NCBI RefSeq assembly: GCF_902459465.1
Contig: NC_047079.1
Location: forward strand, 186,001-250,000
DNA length: 64,000 nt
From: Asterias rubens
Taxonomy: Eukaryota
Direction of reading: 5' to 3'
The position numbers were made by a program, and so were the translations under genes. The notes beneath the pieces were generated by a model that did no database searches, had not been told where the DNA came from, and saw only the letters and a program-made list of their open reading frames with translations. Below are positions 50,209-63,300 of the stretch, one piece after another (position 1 is the first letter of the stretch; every line of letters starts with the position of its first letter).

Positions 50209-51738
50209 TTAAGACTTGTCTTTGTTTCTACCTCCATGGACAAACCAAAGGTGCCCATGCCTGTAACTTAAAACTGATAGTCTACGTATGTGTTCACATT
50301 TGCACAAACAATGCGCACATTAACACCATATGATGCTGGTTGAGGGGCCAGTAATTCGTCCTTGCACAAAGCCTGTAATGGGGTGGATCATTATTCAAGG
50401 ATTCATACAAACTATTTAGTAGTTTATTTTATGCATCAATTGCAATTACTTAAATGTACGTTACAGTAAGAAACAGTTTTGGAAAATGGTTATTGTTAAA
50501 ATGATAAAATAATAAATAAAAAGTATCAAATGGAAACTTACTAGTCTTTCAGTCTGTTTAATCTAACTAATCTTGGCATATGAACTCCAAACTTGGTTTG
50601 TGGATTGCTCTCAGGATCCCCAAGAAGCTTAGTGTTTTTGGACCCCTAGGTCAAATGTAAATGGCATTATGGCTAAAACAAGAGACATGTTGTTTGTTTA
50701 GTGATAACTCAAGATGAACGAGTTAAATGTCACCTGGCATTTGGGTTTGGCTAGGCATCTACCTTGCTTAATTGATATATCAGGAATGTTGTTGATTCCA
50801 TCATTAACTTCCTTCTGTAATGCTATTATTTTCCAAAAACTGAAGATGGAAAGTAACTAGGTGAACTTGGAAGGGGGAGTAATGGATGGAATTCTCGATG
50901 TACAACTGTACACCTATCATGTTTATCATTGGTTATGGTGACCCTGTAAATGTCAATTCATGACAATTTGTTGTTGTTTTTTGGGGGGGTCGTCCTTTTT
51001 TTTGGGGGGGGGGGGGTCGTCTGAGAAATTCTCAAACGACCCATTGAATTACAGTATGGCAAAGCTTAAACTGTGACACTGGTCAATTACCAAAATTGAA
51101 AAATCAAGGGCAGCTTGCAATAAATCAGAGATGTGGCAGTTTCCTTTGCCCCGAAACACTAGTAACAACAGCCCACCTGTCTGGGAAGGAATTTATCAAA
51201 AGAAAAAATTGCAAACAGTTCGTCATTTAGTAACTTGTTGAATGAAGTTTTAAAAGCTTACAACAACCACATGGAAAAGAAATTCTTGCTGTGAGACTGC
51301 TGCCCTCCAATAATAGTAGTGGCAGGCATTAAACTCTTCCTAACTTGCAAGCTTGATTTCTGATTTATTTTGTTTTGCCCTCAGAAAAACCAGCAAAAAA
51401 TATTGAAGACTTATACAACCATTAATTAGTCCAGGTTTTAGTTTAGTTTATTATTTTTTAGTAAACAATGGCCATGCTTTTAAACAGTTTGGCTACTGAA
51501 TTTTCTCACAGATGCAATAATTTGAAAGGGTATTATGGCATGAACAATGACCTGCCATGGAGGAGATCCTCCATGCCTCAACCAACAACAAGATTATTCA
51601 TCTAGAAACACTAGAAACAATGAGGATTGAAATCCGAAATACAAATTGCACCTATCTGGATAATTTTAGCCTAGGAGGCTGCGTGAATGGGATTTTTTTT
51701 AGGGCTACCGTTAAAATGAAGTAGCGCCCTCACTTTAA

Positions 51739-52295
51739 AGTCACCTGGAAATAGCATTTTTTTTCTTTCAAACATAAGAGTATATGCTTACGAACAATAA
51801 AACAATTTTTTTAGTAACTGTTTGTCACGATATATATGTTAAAAAAATATATAAAGTTGTTTGGGGGGCTGACTCCCCCTACCCCTTTTGTGACGTCAAT
51901 CGAGACTTTGCCTGCAATGCGTATAGTAAACACACGTGCAAAGTACATGTACGTCCAAGTCGTGAGTTGGTACGTTTCAAAAAGAGTTTTTCTGCATTCA
52001 GCAGCAATACACCTGGTCGGCATTGCCGGGAAAAAAACAAAAAACTAAACTTTTTTTGAAACGTACAAACTCACGACTTGGTCCGTACATGTACTTTGCA
52101 ATTGTGTTTACTCTACGCATGACAGGCAAAGTCTGCCTCGATTGACGTCACGAACAGCGCCCTCTCGGGTCGGGGTCTATCATTAGAACTAATTTGTTTA
52201 AACCTTAGTTGACTGTTTATTCACATTCCACTCATCAAAACACATAAATTAGTGACAAAAGTTTTATTTTGAAAAAATACCACTTCCAGGTGACT
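51739..52295. mobile_element. TTAA-flanked MITE (TIR AGTCACCTGGAA) with long internal inverted repeats
   Basis: TTAA|AGTCACCTGGAA...TTCCAGGTGACT|TTAA; internal arms ~51890-51985 and ~52053-52150. Confidence 0.85.
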
Positions 52296-54175
52296 TTAAA
52301 CAATTGTTGCAAGAACGAAGGAGACGTCTCCGATTTAGCATTGCGATTGTGGACGACACTGAGTCAAATGCCTTTTGTTTTTTTCGAAAAGTTTGTTTGG
52401 CAGTAATGTTTTTCAACCTATTTTCAAGATTTGTCACCTCTAAAGTCCTCTATATTCTACTATTGGTCGAAAACTAAACTTTTCTCCATTTTGCCTCGTC
52501 CGGTTTTGCCCTCAATCAACCGTTTGTCTCAAGCTTATGAACCAGTTATTATTTTGGGCTGTGTATCTTTTTTGTGTGCAACAAGATTTATGTTGCTAGT
52601 TTACATAGGCCTACATAATTTAGCAACCCCCCTTTTCGTAGTTTATTATTTACACAATAAATATTTTATTTAATTTTTTTAACATCTGCTTATAATCCAA
52701 CTTTTTACATCTTCAGAAGTATGATGGTTTTGTCTTCCGTTTAAAGGAGCAACTTGCTTGAAGACCCGCTTGGACAAAAACAAATTTTGTTTTATGGGGG
52801 AGGGGGGGGGAGGGGTGGATATAATCGTCTGTCCGGACGCTCATGTATTCACTGGATAATTATATACCGTGGATTTACTGCTGGTAGGCTAAGATTGTTA
52901 GCTAACCCTTTCAGTTTTATGCTTTTGCATCAAATTAACGGGCGGTAACAAAATTAACGATAGATACTTGGTTATGCGGCAACTGTATCTACTTGTCAGG
53001 TAGAGTTTGTTCTTGGAGAACTGTCTTGCTTTAAAAAAACAAATTAACGATGTTCTCGCTATTTCAACCTGCCCGCATCAATCATCATGTGAATAATGTA
53101 TCAAGAATTGTTTGTGTGGACATCTTCCCTGAGATTCGCACATCCTCGACGGTGTGCTCGTGTGTGTGTTGCCAGTGTACAGTGTGTAGCCCTACAGCCT
53201 CAAGGCGGGATTACAAACTATGGCCGATTCGTTATTTTGTGTTGCTGTCATTAACTTAAAATAAATGATACAAAAAAGACTGAGGATCGAGGCCAAGGAT
53301 AACACTGTAAAAGCCTAATAATATATCCAGAACGGAGGTCGCGAGCGTCGGCATACAATTACAAAATTAATTGCACTCGTGGTGTGTGTATTTGGGGAAT
53401 CTGGTAAAACAAGCTGTACTAGGCCTATTTAGGTAAAATTTGTCATACTCGGACCGTACCGGGCCCGAAGAAAGCAGCAGCAGCAACAACAACAACAACA
53501 TACACACAAAATAAAGAAAACAAACAACATGATACACACAAAAGAAAAAAACAACACTCAGACACCCAACAACCAAAAATCCCAACATTTTGCCGCTCAC
53601 TTTGCTGTGGTTTGAGAGGGCACGCCCATTCGTACCCGGGGCTGCTAATTAATTGTTTTCTAAAGAAGAGCCAATTTTGACGAAAGGGGAACAAATATAG
53701 CATTGTCGTTTGGGGAAAAAAATCGCCAGGCTACTGTACTAGATAGGCTTGATGATCACATTCCTCAATCCCATCACAGGTGGATCAATGAACAATTTTG
53801 GATACCTATTATAATGTGGGGCGGGTCTTTACGACGTCTTTTTTTTTATTGATGGCTGCCTCTGATCGCCGCCTAGCCTGTGCGCTGCATCGTGCAGCAT
53901 TACATCACACACAACCCGTACACCCGGTACGCGTGCCCCACACCCACCACCACCACACACCACCACAACACAAATAAAGTCATTCAGCACTCACATTCTG
54001 AGCACCACACTAACAATACACGGGCCATGGCGTTTCGGGTCGAGCGTTTGAAGTTAGGAAAGACATTCCGGTAATTCACGCAAAACTGTTGTTAAAAGTA
54101 ACACCTGAGGAATTTCCAACATCTGGAGATTAGCTGTGGTATTGAAGTTGGCTTTGCTTCAATAATTCTAGAACC

Positions 54176-55914
54176 ATGTCATTCAGTAAGGGGAATGAAG
54201 GAGCAAATGGTGGTCTCTCCAGTGCAGCCATAAGCATGGACAACTACGGGGCTACAGACGAAACCAACACGTTAACAAGCGATTACTTGGTGAGAATATT
54301 ATAAACAACCATACAACTCGGGTCTCGTTTAAATTCTTGCGAATACCTAGTCCTAGATTAAACACCACTTCTTGTCAGTAGTTTCTAGTTATTGTCAAAC
54401 TTACTTCTCAACATTATTACCCTAAATGCTGTCAGTGTCAGTGTGTGTCAGTCTTGTCAGTGTCAGCGGTCAAAAATCAGGAATGAAGAATGCTTGTGTT
54501 TTTGTTTTGTTTTTGGTTTTTTTCATGGGGGGGGGGGGGAGGGGGTTCTGAATAAAAATAATGGATAACTTTCCGTATGGCGCCACCACTTTTTCACTCA
54601 TTTTTACAAAAAGGGATTTATCAATCAGGTAAATTAGATACTATATTATTTTATTGCGAATGAAAAAGTGGTGGCGCCATACGGAAACTTTTCCAAAATA
54701 ATTGACCACAAATATTTAGTTTATTATTGCTTGCCGATGTTGCTTGTCCTTCCTTTTTTTCTAGGCAAGTGAGAAATTCATACAAAACGTTTAGGGAATC
54801 TTTCATTGCATTTGATTGTGTTTCAGTCATTTCAAACTTTCATTCACACTTAATTTAAACTTTAAATCTTGAAGAGGAATTTCAGACTTAAATCTGAATT
54901 TGTGGCAAAATTTGGGAAAAGTTTCCGTATGGCGCCACCACTTTTTCATTCGATATAAAATAATATAGGAACTTATTTACCTGATTGATATATCCCTTTT
55001 TGTAAAAATGAGTGAAAAAGTGGTGGCGCCATTCGGAAAGTTATCCAAAATTTGTGCTATTTTCAAGTCCTTGTTTGCAATCATCAAACAGAAGAATGAA
55101 AATAAATGTTTGTTTGACATAACCCACCAGCAATATGGTTGCGTTGTTTCATAGGATAACAAATATTATAAATATCACTTTAAAAAGTTTACATGAAATC
55201 AAATTCTTTTTGTTTCATTTGTATGCCGTATCTATGTATTTAGTGTAATGAGTTTTATAAAATTTTGTTTAATATGGAAATTTTAATGAAATTGATGAAA
55301 AACTGGTGAAACTCTATGATAAGAATGGTAGTTTTTCCTTCTAACTTCTGGTTCTGTAGTGTCTGACACTGTCAGAATTATATCGTTTGAAATAAATTGT
55401 CAAGAGTTTTCATCATAAAAGCCCCAATAAAATGATACTCTCAGCTTACCAGCACATATAATACAAATTAATTCCGTAATTAATTTCTGTGTGTTATAGG
55501 GGGCCTACATAGTACACAGAAGGCCAAAAAGGGGAAACATTTTGTTAACAATTTTTGGATAACTTTCCGTATGGCGCCACCACTTTTTCACTCATTTTTA
55601 CAAAAAGGGATATATCAATCAGGTAAATTTGATACTATATTATTTTATATACGGAAACTTTTCCCAATTTTTTGTTGTTTCCCAACAAAGGCCTATTATT
55701 TAGCAATCTATGGCGCCCCAATAGTCCATAGTAATGCTCACAATTTAATGAATTGTAAAAATAAGATCTTGCTTTTTTTAAAGTACAGTACATTGATCCT
55801 ATGCATTTTCACCCATTTTAATTGCCTCATAAAACCATCTTTGTGGTTCAGACAATAGAATCATCATCTGCGCCTTGAACACCCAGCAGAGTAAAAATGT
55901 GCGCATTACAAGTC

Positions 55915-55954
<40 letters not shown>

Positions 55955-58900
55955 AGAAATTTGTAAGAGGTTTGTGAGGATCTTGAATATTGGCCACTTT
56001 TCAATGGGTGTACAGTCTTTTAAATTATTCAGTGTCTCTCTTTTGAAATGCCACAAGAAAGTAGCCTTTTTCATGTGCAAATACTATCCAAAGCTGCTGT
56101 ACTTCTTACTAGGGAAGTTTTTATTGCAATTACTTTTCAGAGTCATACCAAACGTATACAGCAGCCAATTTCACAAAACTCTAGGAATAATCCAATCTCG
56201 AGTTAGGACGAGTAACCCGTCTTAACTTAGGATGGGTTTTATGCGTCCTAACGTGAGCTGAACTCGTCGCGAACTGAACTCGTCGTAAGTCCGTAAATCC
56301 TAAAATAGGAAGAGTTTGGTGAAATCGAAGGCAGACCCTTTAAATTGCTTTTTCTTGGTTGGTTTCACCATAGAGATAATTAGTTACTGTAAGTCTGTTA
56401 CATTTCATGCATTGGCATGAAAGCCACTTTGCCTGTGGAGTTGAAACCATAAAATTCAACTTAAGTTTGAGCCGGGCAAACTGCATTCTAATCAACAAAA
56501 ATGCTGTGATGAAATCCAAAGTTTTGTTCACATTTAAGTTTAACTACACTGTGGGCAGTCGTATCACCTATCCCTGTCAATTAAATCAACAATTGTGAAG
56601 TATAGTTTCTGGGAAATTATTTTTTCATTGAGAGGGTCTTGGTGCCCCCTGAAATTTTGACAAAGACAATGCCAAAGTGGCATGCCCCATTTAACCAATT
56701 TCTCAGTATGTCCAACCAAAAGCTTCTGCTCATGAAGAAGGCCTTGTAAGTAGCTGGTCCAAAATGCTGGCACTCCCTACTCTCTCATTATTCACACTAC
56801 AACTTTGTTCTTAAATTCAAATGGGTAAACTCACAACATTTGTTTTATAGTGCGTTGTAGCCTAACATGTAGACCTGTAGGACTCACCTTGTATCTGAAG
56901 GTTCCTATTCCTACCCATTGCATAGGCCCTCTCCTGCCATTTTGTTCTCAGTCATCAGTGTCAGTGCATTGCAACCATTAAAAAAAAAGCCTACATGGTT
57001 AATGTTCAATGCGTTATTAATACTTTACTAAAATATTACCGAAAGAACAATGTGTAGTAGGCCCTATATATTTCTGTTCATGTTGTTGTACAAAAACAGA
57101 ATACATTCGTGTCCACTGCGCCATATAAAACTTATATAATATAAATTTTACTGTGTAACTAAATGCTGGCACAGGAGGGTAATGATGCATAATTTCAAGA
57201 AAACACATGTACAAATGTAGTCCTACTGTATGCGTTTAACCATGACGTAAGGCCAAAAACAATTACAAAACAGTTGATCTCTATCCTTATTTGAGGCCAC
57301 ACTATTTTTTTATATATTTTTTTTTCCATTTATTTTTTCAAGACAAATTTTCTGTGTATTTTTCATTTAAATTTATTAATCTGTTAAGAACTTGTTGGGA
57401 CCTTACCAAAAGTAAGTGGTGACTTTAAACTGAAGAACTGGCGGCCAGTTTGAATTAAAATGCTTGCAGCCACCCTTGAAATGAAATACATGTAGAACAT
57501 AAAAAAGGCCCTCATCCTCTTTTTGGAACTACCTGGACGATCAACTGGTATTTTTGTTTACTTGGCCTAACATGCTGCTTAAGTGATAACCAGTATTGCA
57601 GTTGTGCACAATTACATAAACCCATTGAAAGTTAATGAATGCAGATATAAATGCTGGGTCTTCAATAAATATTACTGCAATACTTCATCACTGCGTAGGT
57701 ATACAAACAAACTAATGGCAGCCTGTACTACATGTAGGCATTTTTGTATCTCTATGCACTGGTATCAATGGTGTAGAAATCAATAGAAAAGGTTGATCAT
57801 TGCATGGAGTCTATTATTGATCTCCTCTGCTGTGGTGTGAGGGACAATTACAGCCCATCAGATCAGTCTGTAAACAAGGTCTTTAGATGTAGGCCTTTCC
57901 AATTTGCATTGTGTTACAAATTGCTTCTGGCTTTGACTTGACACACACAAATACACTGTGTATGATTTATTTTATTAAATAAAATGACTGAACATTGTTG
58001 GGTTTCCAAATTAAAAGTTTATGTAGTATTGTATAGTATCAACATCCGAATATAATTATTATCTTTTGCACTGTGCAGTGTATAGAAAGTCCAAATTGTA
58101 TTAAAGTTTATTACATGTAACTGTGTGGAGAGCCATTCATCACTGGCACATTCACATTATTATAGACCCTATACACACAGCAGAGATGAATGGTAGCACC
58201 CGAGTAGAAAACCAGAGAGGGATGGTAGCACCCGAGTGTAAAACAAGAGAGGGATGGTAGCAACTGAGTGTAAGACCAGAGATAAATGGTAGCACCTGAG
58301 TGTAAAACCAGAGAGGGATGGTAGCACCCAAGTGTAAATCCAGAGAGGGAGATGGTAGCACCCGAGTGTAACACCAGAGAGGGATGGTAGCACCCGGGTG
58401 TAAAACCAGAGAGGGATGGTAGCACCCGAGTGTAAAACCAGAGATGAATGGTAGCACCTGAGTGTAAAACCAGATATGAATGGTAGCCCCCAAGTGTAAA
58501 TCCAGAGAGGGAGATGGTAGCACCAGAGTGTAAACCATAGAGGGATGGTAGCACCTGAGTGTAACACCAGAGAGGGACCATAGCACTCATGCCTGTGTGA
58601 TAACTTGTTTACATACTGTATATATTGGTTATTTGACAATACATGTGTAAACAAACTGATATTAAGTTTGATCTCTAATTTTATTAGGATGAAGATGAAG
58701 AAGGCGTTCCCATTGAGTTTGGTCCTCGTCTTGTCAATGATGATCCAGGCACATACTTCAATGATGGAAGAAGAAAGATTGGTGAGTCACAAACAATACC
58801 AAGTATTGTTAATCAATTGTGTTACGAATATTTATTGACCTACTGGGAAGCAAATTGATAAGTTGTTTTTTCCCATTCAGAATGGTTAAAAAATGTGCAT

Positions 58901-59868
58901 TTATAAATTTCAACTTATGTAGCTAGCATAGAAACGGGCAGTCAGTCAGTAAACAAACAAAGCACCATGATATTAATTTTTGGTTTTACCCATACACTGA
59001 TGTGTGTTAGGACTGTATACTCATTACTTTCCCGAGCCCTGTGAACAAAATATCCCAGGCATGTTACTCGGGTGGGATTCAAACCTACGACCCTTGAAAT
59101 TCTAGAGCAGTGTCTTACCATGGAGGAAGGAAGAGAAGGAGCCCGAACGAAGGAACTTCAAAAGTCGAACCTGCGGTACCGCGGTCATTTAACGACACCT
59201 CGTAATCACCCACATACCTTATACAGACAATGGGCGACCTGGCGTATGTGAGTTTGTGCGTGCGCACTTGGTTCTTCACTCAACTATGGGGTCGTATGTC
59301 GTATGGATATAATACAGACCTGATAAAAATTGTGTACACTTGTGCCCACCAAATCGAAAAACACAATTGAATATCTACCACCCTCATGTGGTAATACCCA
59401 AATTTTGAACCACCGCTTGTGACCGGAAAGTCACAAAAAATGTAAAAATATGCCATGATGTTTCCGTGAAACACCACAAACGGTAAATGAAAACGTGTAT
59501 ATTCACAATTCTTGTCTCCAATGATTCAACTTTACAAGCAGGCAAGAGCGCAGACTGGCGGTACCACACGTTCTGTACAAAGAGATTTAATCCTATGTTT
59601 CAAGTACCATGATGTTTTGATGTGCATAGTTGTTCAGATTTGTAGCTTAACAGCATGGTGTAGCTTAACAGCATGGTGGGATTGGTCCTGTTCTATTTAT
59701 AGATTTTGTGATAGTCTATGAGGAAGAGAAACTCTCTGAGAAACAACAGCAGAAGAAGGAGAGAGAAGAACGAGAAAGAGTTGAGAAGAATTTACCACCA
59801 GGACCAGAAGAGGATGAAGATGCTCAGCATCGTGAATGGCGGAAAAAATACATCAGTAACCTGCTAAG
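54176..59868 (+). CDS. Anoctamin (TMEM16) family, first three coding exons; gene continues beyond the window
   Basis: Exons 54176-54289, 58688-58781, 59703-59868 (phases 0,1,2) splice to give ...DPGTYFNDGRRKI-DFVIVYEEE...HREWRKKYISNLL, matching the anoctamin N-terminal F-x-DG-x-R-x-ID-(F/Y)-(V/I)-L-V-Y motif. The paralog cannot be assigned from this fragment. Confidence 0.85.
54563..55664. mobile_element. Cluster of three MITE family E copies in anoctamin intron 1
   Basis: Copies at 54563-54694, 54915-55046 and 55557-55664 (the last internally deleted). Confidence 0.88.
55915..55953. repeat. (ATT)n microsatellite
   Basis: Directly visible, ~13 units. Confidence 0.98.
58183..58580. repeat. 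32-bp minisatellite, ~12 copies
   Basis: Unit ACCAGAGAGGGATGGTAGCACCCGAGTGTAAA (period 32, e.g. 58381 to 58413), with some longer variants. Confidence 0.95.
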
Positions 59869-60385
59869 GTAAATAGTGTAGCAGTACCTCAGTGTCATGG
59901 CACGGCTTACCTAAGAATTGACAGTATACTCTATACTGCAGAGTTCTGTGGTAAGGAATGCGACATCCATGAATATGCTATGGGAATAGTTGTAGCAGAG
60001 TAGTGTCAAAGGTCACAAAAGGACTTAAGTCTGGAATCGGGATTACACAATGACCATCGGAAAAGGGAGATTACCAGCAGAGTTTCCACTACCTCTGTCC
60101 ATCTTTGAATGACAAATGGTGCATGCCTGTATTAGCTACACAATGTCCAGGTGGATACAGGTACGACTTGTCTGCCATTCGTTCCGCCAATTTTACTCTG
60201 TCAATTTGTGAGTAAAAATGCTTGTAAAGATGTGTTGTGCTGCTAACTGCACGCCCTTTGCCTGAAATGCACTCTGCTCACCTACACATAAGGAAAGTGA
60301 TTCCAAAAATGGCTCAACAAATATTTGTCAAGTGACATAAAGGTACTATAAATACAAACTCCTGGAGCAGACATTCCCAAAAGCA

Positions 60386-63300
60386 CTTAGAATTAGAACT
60401 GAATACAAATGTTTGGTTTTCACCATTCAGAGCTGGTTTAGAGACATTTACACTAATATTCATAACATACACTGAATTCAATGTTGGTTTTCACCATTCA
60501 GAGCTGGTTTAGAGACATTTACACTAATATTCATAACATACACTGAATTCAAGTTGGTTTTCATCATTCAGAGCTGGTTTAGAGACATTTACACTAATAT
60601 TCATAACATACACTGAATACAATGTTTGTTTTCATCATTCAGAGCTGGTTTAGAGACATTTACACTAATATTCATAACATACTCTGAATACAATGTTGGT
60701 TTTCATCATTCAGAGCTGGTTTAGAGACATTTACACTAATATTCATAACATACACTGAATACAATGTTTGTTTTCATCATTCAGAGCTGGTTTAGAGACA
60801 TTTACACTAATATTCATAACATACACTGAATTCAATGTTGGTTTTCACCATTCAGAGCTGGTTTAGAGACATTTACACTAATATTCATAACATACACTGA
60901 ATTCAATGTTGGTTTTCATCATTCAGAGCTGGTTTAGAGACATTTACACTAATATTCATAACATACACTGAATTCAATGTTGGTTTTCATCATTCAGAGC
61001 TGGTTTAGAGACATTTACACTAATATTCATAACATACACTGAATTAAATGTTGGTTTTCATCATTCAGAGCTGGTTTAGAGACATTTACACTAATATTCA
61101 TAACATACACTGAATTCAATGTTGGTTTTCACCATTCAGAGCTGGTTTAGAGACATTTACACTAATATTCATAACATACACTGAATTCAATGTTGGTTTT
61201 CATCATTCAGAGCTGGTTTAGAGACATTTACACTAATATTCATAACATACACTGAATTAAATGTTGGTTTTCATCATTCAGAGCTGGTTTAGAGACATTT
61301 ACACTAATATTCATAACATACACTGAATACAATGTTGGTTTTCATCATTCAGAGCTGGTTTAGAGACATTTACACTAATATTAATAACATACACTGAATT
61401 AAATGTTGGTTTTCATCATTCAGAGCTGGTTTAGAGACATTTACACTAATATTCATAACATACACTGAATACCATGTTTGTTTTCATCATTTAGAGCTGG
61501 TTTAGAGACATTTACACTAATATTCATAACATACTCTGAATACAATGTTGGTTTTCATCATTCAGAGCTGGTTTAGAGACATTTACACTAATATTCATAA
61601 CATACTCTGAATACAATGTTGGTTTTCACCATTCAGAGCTGGTTTAGAGACATTTACACTAATATTCATAACATACACTGAATACAATGTTTGTTTTCAT
61701 CATTCAGAGCTGGTTTAGAGACATTTACACTAATATTCATAACATACACTGAATACAATGTTGGTTTTCATCATTCAGAGCTGGTTTAGAGACATTTACA
61801 CTAATATTCATAACATACTCTGAATACAATGTTGGTTTTCACCATTCAGAGCTGGTTTAGAGACATTTACACTAATATTCATAACATACTCTGAATACAA
61901 TGTTGGTTTTCACCATTCAGAGCTGGTTTAGAGACATTTACACTAATATTCATAACATACACTGAATACCATGTTTGTTTTCATCATTCAGAGCTGGTTT
62001 AGAGACATTTACACTAATATTCATAACATACTCTGAATACAATGTTGGTTTTCATCATTCAGAGCTGGTTTAGAGACATTTACACTAATATTCATAACAT
62101 ACACTGAATTAAATGTTGGTTTTCATCATTCAGAGCTGGTTTAGAGATATTTACACTAATATTCATAACATACTCTGAATACAATGTTGGTTTTCATCAT
62201 TCAGAGCTGGTTTAGAGACATTTACACTAATATTCATAACATACTCTGAATACAATGTTGGTTTTCATCATTCAGAGCTGGTTTAGAGATATTTACACTA
62301 ATATTCATAACATACACTGAATACAACAATTGTTTGTTTTCATCATTCAGAGCTGGTTTAGAGACATTTACACTAATATTCATAACATACTCTGAATACA
62401 ATGTTGGTTTTCACCATTCAGAGCTGGTTTAGAGACATTTACACTAATATTCATAACATACACTGAATACCATGTTTGTTTTCATCATTCAGAGCTGGTT
62501 TAGAGACATTTACACTAATATTCATAACATACACTGAATTCAATGTTGGTTTTCATCATTCAGAGCTGGTTTAGAGACATTTACACTAATATTCATAACA
62601 TACACTGAATTAAATGTTGGTTTTCATCATTCAGAGCTGGTTTAGAGACATTTACACTAATATTCATAACATACACTGAATTCAATGTTGGTTTTCACCA
62701 TTCAGAGCTGGTTTAGAGACATTTACACTAATATTCATAACATACACTGAATTCAATGTTGGTTTTCATCATTCAGAGCTGGTTTAGAGACATTTACACT
62801 AATATTCATAACATACACTGAATTAAATGTTGGTTTTCATCATTCAGAGCTGGTTTAGAGACATTTACACTAATATTCATAACATACACTGAATACAATG
62901 TTGGTTTTCATCATTCAGAGCTGGTTTAGAGACATTTACACTAATATTAATAACATACACTGAATTAAATGTTGGTTTTCATCATTCAGAGCTGGTTTAG
63001 AGACATTTACACTAATATTCATAACATACACTGAATACCATGTTTGTTTTCATCATTTAGAGCTGGTTTAGAGACATTTACACTAATATTCATAACATAC
63101 TCTGAATACAATGTTGGTTTTCATCATTCAGAGCTGGTTTAGAGACATTTACACTAATATTCATAACATACTCTGAATACAATGTTGGTTTTCACCATTC
63201 AGAGCTGGTTTAGAGACATTTACACTAATATTCATAACATACACTGAATACAATGTTTGTTTTCATCATTCAGAGCTGGTTTAGAGACATTTACACTAAT

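Noticed and set aside
55799-56225. Poly-Ile ORFs on both strands
   Set aside because: Produced by the (ATT)n microsatellite.
58111-58654. Three overlapping 144-161 aa minus-strand ORFs
   Set aside because: They are translations of the 32-bp minisatellite, whose minus strand lacks stop codons; the peptide is just the cycling repeat.
58605-58838. ORF with a signal-peptide-like MKMKKAFPLSLVLVLSMMIQAHTS
   Set aside because: It is the alternative frame of anoctamin exon 2; the spliced frame gives the conserved YFNDGRRKIDFV motif.
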